Source: Spirochaetia bacterium (GTDB lineage: Bacteria > Spirochaetota > Spirochaetia > SZUA-6 > Bin103). Taken from it: a DNA stretch of 64,000 nucleotides. The notes beneath the pieces were generated by a model. The model was not told where the DNA came from. It saw nothing but the letters and a program-made list of their open reading frames with translations, and did not search any database. How positions within the stretch are numbered: the first letter of the stretch is position 1; the number at the start of each line of letters is the position of its first letter. The translations under genes were made by a program, and so were the position numbers. The stretch covers positions 2,080,001 to 2,144,000 of the forward strand of contig OZ241907.1 in the NCBI GenBank assembly GCA_965203515.1, given 5' to 3'. Of this stretch, positions 1 to 10,440 are shown piece after piece.

Positions 1-1
1 G

Positions 2-1300
2 CTCGCCACCGGCGAGACGGTGCAGATGGACCGCGGCTTTCATGCGTTCTTCCGCCAGTACTACAACCTGCGCGCGCTGCTGCGGCGCATCTCGCCGGAC
101 CTCGACCTGCTGGAGCCGCTCGACGACTATCCGGTCATAGGTCCGGACGGGACGCGCCAGTCGTTTGCGCGCCTGCCCCGGCTGGCGCCCTGGAACATCG
201 TCGCCCTCACTCGACGCACGCCGTCGTTGACGCTGCCGGCGCTGCGCCGGGTGCGGTTGCGCGCGGCGCTGTCGATGCTGGCCTTCGACGCGCGCCGCAC
301 CTATGAACGCCACGATCGCCGCTCCGCGGCCGAATACCTCGACTCGCTGCGCTTCCCGCCGGCTGCCCGGCAACTGCTGTTCGACGTGTTCGCGCATTCC
401 TTCTTCAATCCCGAAGGCGCCATGTCCGCCGCCGAGCTGCTGATGATGTTCCACTTCTATTTCACCGGAAACCGGGAGGGCCTGCCGTTCGACGTGGCCC
501 GGCGGCCGTTCTCGACCGGCATCTGGGAGCCGATGCGCCGCTACGTGGAGGCGCGCGGCGCCACCGTCCGCACCGGCGCCGAGGTGCGCGGCGTTCGTCG
601 CGCCGCCGGCCGTTGGGCGATCGACGCGGGCGGCGCTTCGGAAGCGGTCACGGCCGACGCCGTGGTGCTGGCGCTCGACGTGGCCGGGCTGAAGCGGCTG
701 CTGCCCGCCACGCCGTTCGATCGCGGCGCCTGGGCGGCCGGCGCGCGCGCGTTGCAGGCGACCCTGCCGTTCGCGGTGTGGCGGCTGTGGCTGGATCGGC
801 CCACGGCCGCCGGACGGGCGCCGTTCGCGGGCACGGCCGGGTTCCCCTTGCTGGACAACGTCTCCCTGTTCCATCTGTTCGAGGACGAGAGCCGCGCCTG
901 GGCGGCCGAGCATCGCGGCTCGGTGGTCGAGCTGCACGCCTACGCGGTGCCGGACGGCACCGCCGAGGCGCGCGTCCGGAGCGCGATGCTGGACGGCCTG
1001 CACCGCCTGTATCCGGAGACCCGAGCGGCCCGGCCGCTCGACGAGGTCTACCTGCTGCGCAGCGACTGCCCGGCGTTCGCGCCCGGTTCGCGCGCGAGCC
1101 GTCCGGGCATCGACACGCCGTACGCGGGCATCTATCTGGCCGGCGACTTCGTGCGCATGGAGCAGCCGAGCGCGCTCATGGAGCGCGCGGCGGTATCGGG
1201 AATCGCCGCGGCGAACGCCATCCTCACGGCCGGAGGGCTGCCGCCGGAGCCGGTGGCGTCGATCCGCCGCAACGGCATCCTGCCGGCGGTGGCGGCGTGA
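2..1300 (+). CDS. crtU: FAD-dependent carotenoid desaturase/isorenieratene synthase (CrtU-like), 5'-truncated by the window edge
   Basis: Frame is open from base 2. Motifs RGFHAFFRQYYNLR, LMMFHFYF and YLAGD..LMERA match the actinobacterial CrtU-type amine-oxidase family. Confidence 0.7.
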   Translation, partial: LATGETVQMDRGFHAFFRQYYNLRALLRRISPDLDLLEPLDDYPVIGPDGTRQSFARLPRLAPWNIVALTRRTPSLTLPALRRVRLRAALSMLAFDARRTYERHDRRSAAEYLDSLRFPPAARQLLFDVFAHSFFNPEGAMSAAELLMMFHFYFTGNREGLPFDVARRPFSTGIWEPMRRYVEARGATVRTGAEVRGVRRAAGRWAIDAGGASEAVTADAVVLALDVAGLKRLLPATPFDRGAWAAGARALQATLPFAVWRLWLDRPTAAGRAPFAGTAGFPLLDNVSLFHLFEDESRAWAAEHRGSVVELHAYAVPDGTAEARVRSAMLDGLHRLYPETRAARPLDEVYLLRSDCPAFAPGSRASRPGIDTPYAGIYLAGDFVRMEQPSALMERAAVSGIAAANAILTAGGLPPEPVASIRRNGILPAVAA

Positions 1301-2253
1301 GCGGCGACCGCCGCGAGCGCGGCTTCCTGTTCGGCCGGCCGCCCACGCGCGCCGAGTCCGTCGGCGAGTTGCAGCGGCTGCCCGATTGGCAGCAGTCCGA
1401 TCCCAAGTGGATCAAGTCGGCCGTGCGGCGGGCGATGGCGCTTCCCGCCGGCGGCTGGCACGTCATCGACGCCGCCCGCGCCGTGGGCGCGCGGCCGCGG
1501 CGCTACCGGATCGACGACCGGGAGCTGGTGGTGTGGCGCGGCGCCGGCCGCCTGCTGGTAGCGCCCAACGCCTGCCCGCACCTGGGGGCGTCGCTGGCCG
1601 ACGGACAGGTGCGCGACGGCTGCCTGGTCTGCCCGTGGCACGGGCTGACCCTCGACGAGCGCGGCCACGCCGGCTGGCGGGTGTTGCCGAGCCATGACGA
1701 CGGCGTGCTGCTCTGGGTGCGGCTGGACGGCGTGGAGCAGCCATCGGAGCAGCCCTTCCTCTGCGCGCGGCCGGCCGGCGGCATCGACGCGGTGGTCCGC
1801 ATGGAGGCGGCCTGCGAGCCGGAGGACGTGATCGCCAACCGCCTCGACCCGTGGCACGGCGCGCACTTCCACCCCCATTCGTTCGGCCGCCTGCGGGTCA
1901 TCGAACGGACCGTCGACAGCATCGTGGTGCGCGTGACGTATCGCGCCACGCGCCGCATGGGGGTGGAGGTCGACGCGCGCTTCGACTGCCCGGACCCGCG
2001 CACCATCGTCATGACGATCGTCGACGGCGAGGGCACCGGCTCCGTGGTGGAGACCCACGCCACGCCGGTCGCGCCGGGCCGCTCGGCCATCGTCGAGGCG
2101 ACCGTCGCCACCTCCGACCGGTTCGGCTTTCGGCTGGCCCGGCATGCCGCCGGACTGGTACGCAGAGGGATGCGGCGCCGAGCCCATCGACTGTGGGTCG
2201 AGGACGCCGCCTACGCCGAGCGCCGCTACGCCCTGCGCTGCGGCACCGTCTGA
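1297..2253 (+). CDS. Rieske 2Fe-2S protein (DUF5914/CrtV-like)
   Basis: GTG start overlaps the upstream TGA (GTGA). Rieske motifs CPHLG and CPWHG; ANRLDPWHGAHFHP non-haem iron-type motif. Confidence 0.75.
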   Translation: MSGDRRERGFLFGRPPTRAESVGELQRLPDWQQSDPKWIKSAVRRAMALPAGGWHVIDAARAVGARPRRYRIDDRELVVWRGAGRLLVAPNACPHLGASLADGQVRDGCLVCPWHGLTLDERGHAGWRVLPSHDDGVLLWVRLDGVEQPSEQPFLCARPAGGIDAVVRMEAACEPEDVIANRLDPWHGAHFHPHSFGRLRVIERTVDSIVVRVTYRATRRMGVEVDARFDCPDPRTIVMTIVDGEGTGSVVETHATPVAPGRSAIVEATVATSDRFGFRLARHAAGLVRRGMRRRAHRLWVEDAAYAERRYALRCGTV

Positions 2254-2266
2254 AACGAGACCGGCA

Positions 2267-4156
2267 TCACGGCGCCAGCAGGCGGTAGGCGAATCCCGCC
2301 GCTTCGACCCGGGTGAGACACGCGGCGGACGGGGCAGAGCCGGCCTCATCGGAGTCGGCCTGCATGCCGCGTACGCGTAGCAGCTCGTTCCACTCAGCAC
2401 GCGTGACGCCGCGCCCGGCCGGCGCGCATTCCAGGATGCGGCGCGCCAGCGCGGAAGGCACGTTGCGCCCGCCGCGCACCGCCGCGATCCCGTCGACCCA
2501 GCAGGCGGCTTCGGCCAGATCCAACGGCTTGTCCGGCTGCGCGTCGTACGACGGAAAGAAGCCGTGCACGCCGAGCATCTGCAGTGCCGGCACGCACGCG
2601 CCGGCGCCGGGATTACCGTCGTTCAGAAAGGTGATCATCGCGCCGGATTCGACCAGCGCGCGCTGCACCTTGTGGACGTCGACCGCCGCGGCGGGCACTC
2701 CGTCGGCACCGGCCTGAGCCGCGGCGCGGCCGGCGGCTTCGCCGATCGGCACCATGGTCGGCTCGACCCGGATGGTTCCCCATCCCACGTGGCTGGCCGA
2801 ACAGCAGCCCGGCACCAGCAGATTGTCGACCTCCTGCGGAAGCAGGCAACGGTAGGGGACCTGTCCCGGTCGAGTCAGCTCGGTCATCAGGATCTTCCCC
2901 TCCCGGCTCGAACCGCCGATGGTGTCCCAGTGGCACTCGTGGGAGTCGAGCGCCCACTCGGTGACGCCGATGCTGTCCTGATGGATCGGCGCGCGATCCA
3001 GACCCGGCGCCAGGGTGCCGTCGTGCTCCGTGAACAGGTAGCGGCCGGCCAGGCGCCGCGCCTCCCGCACGTACATCTCATACGGGACGTTGTCGTTATC
3101 GGCGAACTCGTCCGTCGCCAAGCCCCATTGCCGCGCCCGGCGGCGCAGTTCCTCGGGTACGGCGGCATCGTTCTGGAGGAAGTGCAGCAAGCCCACCGCC
3201 CAGTCGCGATGGCACTCGAGGATGCGGTGGCGTTCCTGCCAGGAGGCGAGCGGATAGCGCCAGCCGCCCTCCGGCAGATTGGCGGCATTCCAGCTTATCT
3301 TGCGTATCGGGACATCGCCCGGAATCAGCCAGCGGTCACGCAGCTTGTGGAACAGTTCGGGGCGATACCGGTCCGGCTTGGCCGGCAGCCGCCTCTGCCG
3401 CGGATCGTTGGTCAGGCAGAGGCGTACGTTATACGCCTGGATCGCGGCATCGCCTTCGCCGGTCGAGCCGGCGCAGATCTCGCCGGTGATCGCGCCATAC
3501 GGCCGCAGGCGCAGTTCTCCCCGGCGCACGGCGCGCGGGTAGCCGTCACGGTCGGAGTCGCGGCGAAGAATCGAATAGATGCGTCCGGCGTGGAGCTCGT
3601 TCAACTCCTGCCGTGACTCTCGTCCCACGCGAAAGCGGACGCCGGCCGCCGCGTACAGATCTCCCTCGTAACTGGCATCGGCGAAGGTGGCCGCCTCGAT
3701 CTCGCGTTCGCCGCCGGCCCCGGCAAAGGCGGCGCCAAGCAGCATGCGTCCGGCGCGCATGACGCGCCGCGGCGCATGTTCCCGGAACAGGCACAGTCCG
3801 GAGGTCTCATCGACCAGTGCGTCGAGCGCCTTCTCCGCGACGTGGGGGGCGAAGTACGGATGGCGCGAAGACACGTCGGCCGGGTCCCACTGCGTGAGCC
3901 GGTACGCCTCGGAGTCGGCGCCGCTCTCGGCCCGGGTCAGCTCGCACATGCGCGCCACGATCTCGTCGTACAGCGGTGCCCGGGAGCCGTCGTAGACGGT
4001 GTCCAGCACTCCCAGGCCGTTCGTCCACATCCCGCCGACGTGGGCATGGTGGTGCACCAGAGCCACCGTCAATCCTTCCCGCGCGGCGCGCACCGCGCAG
4101 GCGATTCCCGCCGGCGTCGCGCCGTACACACACAGATCGAACCGATTCCCGCTCAT
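2267..4156 (-). CDS. FAD-dependent oxidoreductase (FAD_oxidored / xanthan-lyase-associated family)
   Basis: N-terminal VYGATPAGIACAV dinucleotide motif; DASYEGDL, YVREARRL, VPYRCLLP, SASHV..GTIRVEP. Confidence 0.85.
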   Translation of the reverse strand: MSGNRFDLCVYGATPAGIACAVRAAREGLTVALVHHHAHVGGMWTNGLGVLDTVYDGSRAPLYDEIVARMCELTRAESGADSEAYRLTQWDPADVSSRHPYFAPHVAEKALDALVDETSGLCLFREHAPRRVMRAGRMLLGAAFAGAGGEREIEAATFADASYEGDLYAAAGVRFRVGRESRQELNELHAGRIYSILRRDSDRDGYPRAVRRGELRLRPYGAITGEICAGSTGEGDAAIQAYNVRLCLTNDPRQRRLPAKPDRYRPELFHKLRDRWLIPGDVPIRKISWNAANLPEGGWRYPLASWQERHRILECHRDWAVGLLHFLQNDAAVPEELRRRARQWGLATDEFADNDNVPYEMYVREARRLAGRYLFTEHDGTLAPGLDRAPIHQDSIGVTEWALDSHECHWDTIGGSSREGKILMTELTRPGQVPYRCLLPQEVDNLLVPGCCSASHVGWGTIRVEPTMVPIGEAAGRAAAQAGADGVPAAAVDVHKVQRALVESGAMITFLNDGNPGAGACVPALQMLGVHGFFPSYDAQPDKPLDLAEAACWVDGIAAVRGGRNVPSALARRILECAPAGRGVTRAEWNELLRVRGMQADSDEAGSAPSAACLTRVEAAGFAYRLLAP

Positions 4157-4166
4157 CGTGGCATAC

Positions 4167-5072
4167 CTATCCCTTGACGGCTCCGATCTGTATCCCCTTG
4201 ACGAAGTAGCGCTGGATGAAGGGGTACGCGAACACGATCGGCAGCGTGCTGATGATGATCATAGCATATCGGATCGTTTGCGCGGGCGGCAGTTGCTCGA
4301 CGTCTATGTCCTGAATCGAATCGACATCGGTACCGGCGATCACCAGCGCGCGCAGGATATTCTGCACGGGCAGCTTGGCCACCGAGTTGATGTAGATGGC
4401 AGCGTCGAACCACGCATTCCAGTGAGCTACCGCATAGAACAGTCCGATGGTGGCGAAGGAGGGCGCGCTGAGCGGCACCACGATCGTCACGAGGGTGCGC
4501 AACGGGCCGGCGCCGTCGATCTCCGCCGACTCCTCCAACGATCGGGGTATCTGATAGAAGAAATTGCGCATGATCAGAAGGTTCCACGTGCTCACGAGAT
4601 TGGGCACGATCAAAGCTCCCAGGTTGTCGATCAGGCCGGTGGCCCTCACCACCAGAAACGTCGGTATCAAACCGCCGGAAAACAGCATGGTGAAGAACAA
4701 CAGCGCGGTGATGAGGGTGACGCCGGGCATCCGGCGCTTCGACAGCCCGTACGCCAGCGCCGCGGTGACCACCAGGTTCGCGGCGGTGCCAAGCACGATA
4801 CGCAGCGCCGTCACCCGGTAGGCGTTGATGACGATGGAGCCGGAGCTCAGCAGGTACCGGTACGCGGAGACGTCCAGGCGGCGAGGGACCAGAACGAACA
4901 CGCCGCGTTCCCGCAACTCCTGCTCGCCTACCAGCGACGAGGCCAGCACCAGCAGGAACGGCACCAGGAACAGCAGGCTCACCAGCGTCAGCACTCCATA
5001 GTTGAACGGCGTGAACATGCGTTCGGCGCGCGACCGCGGCCGCTCCGCTACGCGCGGCGCCGCCCGAATCAC
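4167..5072 (-). CDS. Carbohydrate ABC transporter permease (LplC/YtcP-like)
   Basis: EAA loop LEESAEIDGA and C-terminal YPFIQRYFVKG. GTG start overlaps the upstream stop. Confidence 0.9.
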   Translation of the reverse strand: MIRAAPRVAERPRSRAERMFTPFNYGVLTLVSLLFLVPFLLVLASSLVGEQELRERGVFVLVPRRLDVSAYRYLLSSGSIVINAYRVTALRIVLGTAANLVVTAALAYGLSKRRMPGVTLITALLFFTMLFSGGLIPTFLVVRATGLIDNLGALIVPNLVSTWNLLIMRNFFYQIPRSLEESAEIDGAGPLRTLVTIVVPLSAPSFATIGLFYAVAHWNAWFDAAIYINSVAKLPVQNILRALVIAGTDVDSIQDIDVEQLPPAQTIRYAMIIISTLPIVFAYPFIQRYFVKGIQIGAVKG

Positions 5073-6037
5073 CACAACCCCGACTGACCGAGCTGCTTGG
5101 CCGTGCGGTCGGCGATCACCACCAACAGCAATCCGACGACCGACTTGAACACCCCGACGGCGGCGGCGTACGAGTACTGCACCTGCAGCAACCCCTCTCG
5201 ATATACGAAGGTGTCGATGATGTCCGCCACCTCGTAGACGCCGGGCGAGTAGATGTTCAGGATCAGATCGAAGCCCCCGTCGAGGATGTCGCCGATGCGC
5301 AGGATCAGCAGGATCACGATGATCGGCGCGATGGTGGGGATGGTGATGGCAAACACCTGCCGGATGCGGCCGGCGCCGTCGACGATGGCGGCGTCGTAGA
5401 GTTCCGGGTCGATGCCGGAGATAGCGGCCAGATAGATGATCGATCCCCAGCCCACGCCATGCCACATCCAGGTGGAGACGGCGATGATGCGAAAGAAGCG
5501 CGGCTCGCCCAGAAACAGGACTTCCTCGGCGCCCAGGCGCGTAATGATCAGGTTGAGCAGCCCGCCATCGACGGACAGGATGGCGTGCACCAGCGACGCC
5601 ACCACCACCCACGAGATGAAATGGGGCAGGTAGGAGATGGTTTGCGCCACCCGCTTGAACAGCAGGTTGCGCACCTCGTTCAGCAGCAGCGCGAGGATGA
5701 TGGCCAGCGTCGGCCCCAACATCAGCCGCAACAGGCTGAAAACCAGGGTATTGCGGACGATGTTCCAGAAGTAGAACGACGAAACGAAGCGGTTGAAGTA
5801 CTTGAGTCCGACCCACTCGCCGCCGAAGTATATCTCCCAAAATCCGCTCAACGGGGAGATATCCTTGAACGCGATGACCACCCCGTACATCGGCAGGTAC
5901 TTGTAGATCAGATAGTACGCCAAGCCGGGCAGCATGAGCAGATATACGCCGCGGTAGCGCGCGATGCGACGACGCAACGGACGGAGAGAAGGTGCCGTGG
6001 CCACGATCGGACCCGTGTGACCTCGGGCGGAAGGCAA
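5069..6037 (-). CDS. Carbohydrate ABC transporter permease (LplB-like)
   Basis: SYLPHFISWVVV and LYDAAIVDGA. Start codon uncertain. Confidence 0.9.
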   Translation of the reverse strand: MPSARGHTGPIVATAPSLRPLRRRIARYRGVYLLMLPGLAYYLIYKYLPMYGVVIAFKDISPLSGFWEIYFGGEWVGLKYFNRFVSSFYFWNIVRNTLVFSLLRLMLGPTLAIILALLLNEVRNLLFKRVAQTISYLPHFISWVVVASLVHAILSVDGGLLNLIITRLGAEEVLFLGEPRFFRIIAVSTWMWHGVGWGSIIYLAAISGIDPELYDAAIVDGAGRIRQVFAITIPTIAPIIVILLILRIGDILDGGFDLILNIYSPGVYEVADIIDTFVYREGLLQVQYSYAAAVGVFKSVVGLLLVVIADRTAKQLGQSGLW

Positions 6038-6070
6038 CCGCGCCGCCGGCCGGCGGCGCCGGCGGCGCGG
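6038..6070. other. GC-rich inverted repeat (12-bp stem) between the binding-protein and permease genes; possible mRNA-stabilising hairpin
   Basis: ccgcgccgccgg (6038-6049) pairs with ccggcggcgcgg (6059-6070). No U tract. Confidence 0.5.
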
Positions 6071-6076
6071 CTCCCG

Positions 6077-7597
6077 TCAGCCGCCCTTGGCGGCGCCGCC
6101 CCTGGCGGCCCGGTACTGGCGGGTGAGCTCCGCGACCAACGTGTCGATGCCGAGCCGGCGCAGGTCGGCCACGAAGCCGTCGTAGGTGTCGAGAGAGCGC
6201 GCGCCGGTGATGAACTTCACCGTCTCCTCCCCGATCATCCGGTCGATGTCATTGTAGGCGCTGACGTTCTCGAGCAACTGCCCCGGATCGTAGACGACGT
6301 CCCAGTCGAACGGCCGCTTGACCCTGCTGAAGTCCCAGAAATGGGTGCCCAGGAACTCGTAGAACTCCGCGCGGTCCGGCGTGGCGGCGCCCGAACGCAC
6401 CGCGTTGACGATGCTCACGCCGACGGCCAGGTCGCCTTTGTACGAATCATCCAGCACGCTGAGGCCGGTGTCGTTCACGGTATCGGCAAACTCCCAATGC
6501 ACCCCCTGGATGCCGTGACGGGTGGTGAGATAGCCGTACGCCTGGTCCCATTGGAACCCGAGGTCGATGAACTGCATCGCCGCGTCGGGATGCCGTGAAC
6601 GCTTGTCGATCATCAACGCGCGGTCGCTGCCCTTGCGCATCGTCTCGGCAAGGCCTTCGGGCCCCGACAGCGGACTCATCACGTACTCCGCGGTCGGTAT
6701 TGCCGCTCGGAGGTGGTAGTGGTTGCGGTCGGCGATGCGGCCGGCGCCGGCAAGCGAGGCCGCGACGCGGTTGTCGCGCACCGCCTGATCGATGGCGGCC
6801 CGATTGACGATGGAGAACTCCTTGTACAGGTAGCCGTCGACGAACCAGCCGTTCATCGCCGCCAGGAAGTCCCGATAGCCGGGATGTATCTCCGGCGGGT
6901 TGATGGAACCGCGAGCATCCTGCCAGTTGGCGTAACCGCCGGGGATGAAGCCGCCGGCCACACCGGACAGCAGACCCGTGAGGTTGGCCATCAGCGGAAT
7001 GGTGGTGCCATTGCCGGCGGGATCGGCCTCCATCACCGCGGCCAGGAACGCCTCCAGCGACGTCACGTCGGTCGGGACCGCCATGTCGAGCTGCTCAGCC
7101 CAGTCGCGCCGCACGTAGAGCGGCTGGTCCGCGCGCGGGAAATCCGCCACAACCCCCCAGATGTTGCCCTCCGAATCGCTCATCAGGTCCCAGAACTCTG
7201 CGGGAAAGGCGTTCATCACGGTCGGACCATACTCGGGCAACACGTCGTTGATCGGTTGAATGGCGTCGAGCGCGCGGTACTTCGCCCAGGAGCTGCGGAA
7301 GATGTCGAGCTGCTCACCGGATGCGAGGAGCAGTGTCAGCTTCTCCTCAGCCTCGCCGCGCGGCGGCAGGACCGGATGTACCAGCACGCCGATCTGCTCC
7401 AGGATCCAATCCTGCACCAGCTTCACGCTTTCCGGCGCGGAAGCGTTCTCTTCGTTCAACGAGAACGCGTAGAAGTATATCTCCGGAGTATCGCCGGCGG
7501 CGGACGCCTCGGCCGATGGCGCCGCGACCGCTGCTACCGGCGCCCACGCCAACGCGCCGAACGCCAGAACGATCGCTTTCATCATGGTCTTGTTCAT
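6077..7597 (-). CDS. Extracellular solute-binding protein (carbohydrate ABC, LplA-like)
   Basis: Signal peptide MNKTMMKAIVLAFGALA, GGAGGT RBS, YVRRDW motif, position upstream of two permeases. Confidence 0.85.
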   Translation of the reverse strand: MNKTMMKAIVLAFGALAWAPVAAVAAPSAEASAAGDTPEIYFYAFSLNEENASAPESVKLVQDWILEQIGVLVHPVLPPRGEAEEKLTLLLASGEQLDIFRSSWAKYRALDAIQPINDVLPEYGPTVMNAFPAEFWDLMSDSEGNIWGVVADFPRADQPLYVRRDWAEQLDMAVPTDVTSLEAFLAAVMEADPAGNGTTIPLMANLTGLLSGVAGGFIPGGYANWQDARGSINPPEIHPGYRDFLAAMNGWFVDGYLYKEFSIVNRAAIDQAVRDNRVAASLAGAGRIADRNHYHLRAAIPTAEYVMSPLSGPEGLAETMRKGSDRALMIDKRSRHPDAAMQFIDLGFQWDQAYGYLTTRHGIQGVHWEFADTVNDTGLSVLDDSYKGDLAVGVSIVNAVRSGAATPDRAEFYEFLGTHFWDFSRVKRPFDWDVVYDPGQLLENVSAYNDIDRMIGEETVKFITGARSLDTYDGFVADLRRLGIDTLVAELTRQYRAARGGAAKGG

Positions 7598-7669
7598 GGC
7601 AAACGTACCTCCGGGCAGGAGGCTACCTCGACGGCGCCGCCGGCGCAAATGAGTCGGCGGCGTTGGTCG

Positions 7670-9430
7670 CTACAGGCCGGCGGCGTGGGCGGTGTGGAAG
7701 GTGTCGGCGCCGCCGCGCAGGCCGTCGGGTCCGCGCGTGATGGCCACGGGGCTGGCGAACGGGCTCATGCCCTCGGTGGCGTAGCGCGGGTCGATCACCG
7801 CCACGCGGTGGCGGCGCGCACGCAGCTCCTCGATCACGTCCGGGTCGAGCCGGCCGTCGACGGCGGTCAGCGGCGTGCTGCAGTCGAGCCGGGGCGCGTC
7901 GATCGCCGCCTGCGGTCCCATCCCGAAGTCGACGATCTTCACCACCAGGCTGGTGACGCAGTTGGTGATCCGCCGGCCGCCGGAGGCGCCCACCGCCAGC
8001 CGCGCGCCGTCCGCGCCGAGCACCAGCAGCGGTGACATGTTGTTGAGCGGCTGCTTGCCGGGAGCGATCGAGTTGACGCGGCCCGGCACCGGATCGAACC
8101 ACATCATGCCGTTGTTGAGGATCACGCCGGTGCGGCCCGCCACCACGCCGGACCCGAAGCCGGACATCAGCGTGTTGGTCAGCGACACCGCGTTGCCATC
8201 GCCGTCCATCACGCAGAGGTGGGTGGTTCCGTCCTGGTACGCCGGCGCGCTGCCGGGCGGCCGCTTCGGCGCCCGCCGGCCCTCCTCCCGCCACGGATCG
8301 CCCGCTCTGAAGCGCGCCGGCGCCGTGTCGCGGATGCCGGCCTGACGGCGCGCGGCGTAGGACGGGGAGGTGAGTCCCCGCCAGGGCACGTCCGCGCTCT
8401 CCGGGTCGGCCAGATAGGCAAACCGGTCGGCATAAGCCAGCCGCGCGGCGCAGACGTAGCGGTGCAGCGCCTCCGCGTCGTTGTGCCGGCAGGCGCTCAG
8501 GTCGGTCTCGGACAGCAGTTGCAGCGTCATGGCGCTGGTGATGCCGCCGGAGGCGAACGGCGCCACGCGCACGCGCGCATCCCGGTAGGCGACCTCCAGC
8601 GGCGCGGTATCGCCGCCGGTCTGCCAGTGGAAGGGCCGGTACCCATCCAGATCGGCGCGGTCGATCAGGCCGCCGGCGCCCCGTACGGCGTCGACCAGCC
8701 GGTCGCCGATCCTGCCGCGATAGAACGCGTCGGCTCCCTCCGCGCCGATCGCGGTCAGCGTGTCGGCCAGGTCGGGCTGCCGGATCCGGACCGGCTCCGC
8801 GCGGAGCCGATCGCCGCGCCGGTAGCGAGTGCCGGGGACCTCGACTCCGGCCGGCAGCTCGCCGCCCGGCAGGAAGACCCGGCGCAGCTCCGGGTAGCGC
8901 GTGAGCTTGCCGATCTGCCCCGCGAACGCCATCAGGTCGTGGAACTCGGGTGCGAAGCCGTACTGGGCCAACTCCACGGCCGGCGCCACGACCGCGTCGA
9001 GCGGCAGGCGGCCGAACGCCGCGTGCGCGGCCGTGAGGCCGGCCACCGCCCCCGGCGTGGCGATGGAGCGCGGCCCCTCCAGGTTGGCGTCGTCCTCCAC
9101 CCCCGGCCAGCCGAACGATCCGACCGCCGGCGCGCCGGTCAGGCGGTACATGTCCGGCGCAGCCGCCCGCGGCGCGCGCATGGGAAAGGCGAACACGCCG
9201 CCGCGCTCGCCGATCCGGTAGACGAGGTACCCGCCGCCGCCGATGCCGCTCGAGGCCGGCTCCACCACGCCCACGGCGAACGCGGCCGCCACCGCGGCGT
9301 CCATGACGTTGCCGCCGGCGCGCAAGGAACGGAGGGCGGCGGCGCTGGCCGACCGGTGCTTGGTCGCCACCATGGCGCGCTCGCCGCGCGCCTCGCTCTT
9401 GCTGGCGGCGAAGGCGCTGTCGCTCACCAT
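7670..9430 (-). CDS. ggt: Gamma-glutamyltransferase
   Basis: GGNVMDAAVAAAF, EPASSGIGGGG, catalytic TTHLCVMD, LNNGM, GASGGRRI. Confidence 0.9.
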   Translation of the reverse strand: MVSDSAFAASKSEARGERAMVATKHRSASAAALRSLRAGGNVMDAAVAAAFAVGVVEPASSGIGGGGYLVYRIGERGGVFAFPMRAPRAAAPDMYRLTGAPAVGSFGWPGVEDDANLEGPRSIATPGAVAGLTAAHAAFGRLPLDAVVAPAVELAQYGFAPEFHDLMAFAGQIGKLTRYPELRRVFLPGGELPAGVEVPGTRYRRGDRLRAEPVRIRQPDLADTLTAIGAEGADAFYRGRIGDRLVDAVRGAGGLIDRADLDGYRPFHWQTGGDTAPLEVAYRDARVRVAPFASGGITSAMTLQLLSETDLSACRHNDAEALHRYVCAARLAYADRFAYLADPESADVPWRGLTSPSYAARRQAGIRDTAPARFRAGDPWREEGRRAPKRPPGSAPAYQDGTTHLCVMDGDGNAVSLTNTLMSGFGSGVVAGRTGVILNNGMMWFDPVPGRVNSIAPGKQPLNNMSPLLVLGADGARLAVGASGGRRITNCVTSLVVKIVDFGMGPQAAIDAPRLDCSTPLTAVDGRLDPDVIEELRARRHRVAVIDPRYATEGMSPFASPVAITRGPDGLRGGADTFHTAHAAGL

Positions 9431-9465
9431 CGCTCGACTCGTCCTGCCGTCTCCCCGGCCGCCGG

Positions 9466-10428
9466 CTACGCCTTCTTCGCGTACGGCGGCAACGGCCAGC
9501 CGGACGCGGCGCCGATGCGCATGGCCCGTTCCCGCTCGGTCGGCGACAGCGGCGGCACGTCCGCGGCGCCGGCGTTCTGCGCCAGTTGCGCGCGGTCCTT
9601 GGCGCCGGGGATCGCCGCCGTCACGCCGGGCGTATCCAGCACGAAGCGCAACGCCGCCTGCACCATCGTCCGCCCGCGCCCGGTCAGGAAGCGCAGCTCG
9701 GCCAGTCTGGCCAACGCCGCGCGGGCGCGCGGGTTGGTGAAGCGTTCGAAGCGCCGGTCGGCGCCGTCGAGCCGTTGCGTATCGAAGTACCTGCCGGTCA
9801 GGGCTCCCTGGCCGAGCGGCACGCGGATCAGGGTGCCCAGGTTCGCTTCCTGCGCCAGCGCCAGCGCCTCGTCCGCGGTGGGATTGACGATGCTGAGTCC
9901 CACCTGCGCCATCGCCAGCTCGCCCAGTCCCAGCAACTCGCGCATCGCGTCCGCGTCGTTGGTCGAGATGCCCCAGCAGCGGATCGCGCCGGCCTGCTGC
10001 AGCGCGGTCAGCTCCTCGACCACCGCGGCCATCAGCTCGCTCGGCGGCACGCCGTGGAGCTGGTAGATGTCGATGTAGTCGGTGCCGAGGCGCCGCAGGC
10101 TGCCGGCGCACGCGGTCCGCACGCGGGCGCGCGCTTCCGCTTCGCCTTCGCCTGCCGGTGGAGGCGCCAGCTTGGTCGCCACCACGTAGCGGTCGCGGCG
10201 GCCGGCCAGCGCTCGACCGATGATGCGCTCCGAGTGGCCGGCGCCGTAACCCTCCGCGGTGTCGAGCAGGTTCACGCCGAGCGCCTCCGCGTGCTGGATG
10301 GTGCGCACCGACTCCTCGTCGTCCATGCCGGTCCAGCCGCCGCCGCCGTGGGTGCCGCCCATCTGATAGCAGCCCAGGCCGATGCGGGAGACCCGCATGC
10401 CGGTCTTGCCGAGCGTTCGGTATTCCAC
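9466..10428 (-). CDS. Aldo/keto reductase
   Basis: MEYRTLGKTG, DTAEGYG, SLRRLGTDYIDIYQLH. Confidence 0.93.
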   Translation of the reverse strand: MEYRTLGKTGMRVSRIGLGCYQMGGTHGGGGWTGMDDEESVRTIQHAEALGVNLLDTAEGYGAGHSERIIGRALAGRRDRYVVATKLAPPPAGEGEAEARARVRTACAGSLRRLGTDYIDIYQLHGVPPSELMAAVVEELTALQQAGAIRCWGISTNDADAMRELLGLGELAMAQVGLSIVNPTADEALALAQEANLGTLIRVPLGQGALTGRYFDTQRLDGADRRFERFTNPRARAALARLAELRFLTGRGRTMVQAALRFVLDTPGVTAAIPGAKDRAQLAQNAGAADVPPLSPTERERAMRIGAASGWPLPPYAKKA

Positions 10429-10440
10429 TCGCCTCCCCCT

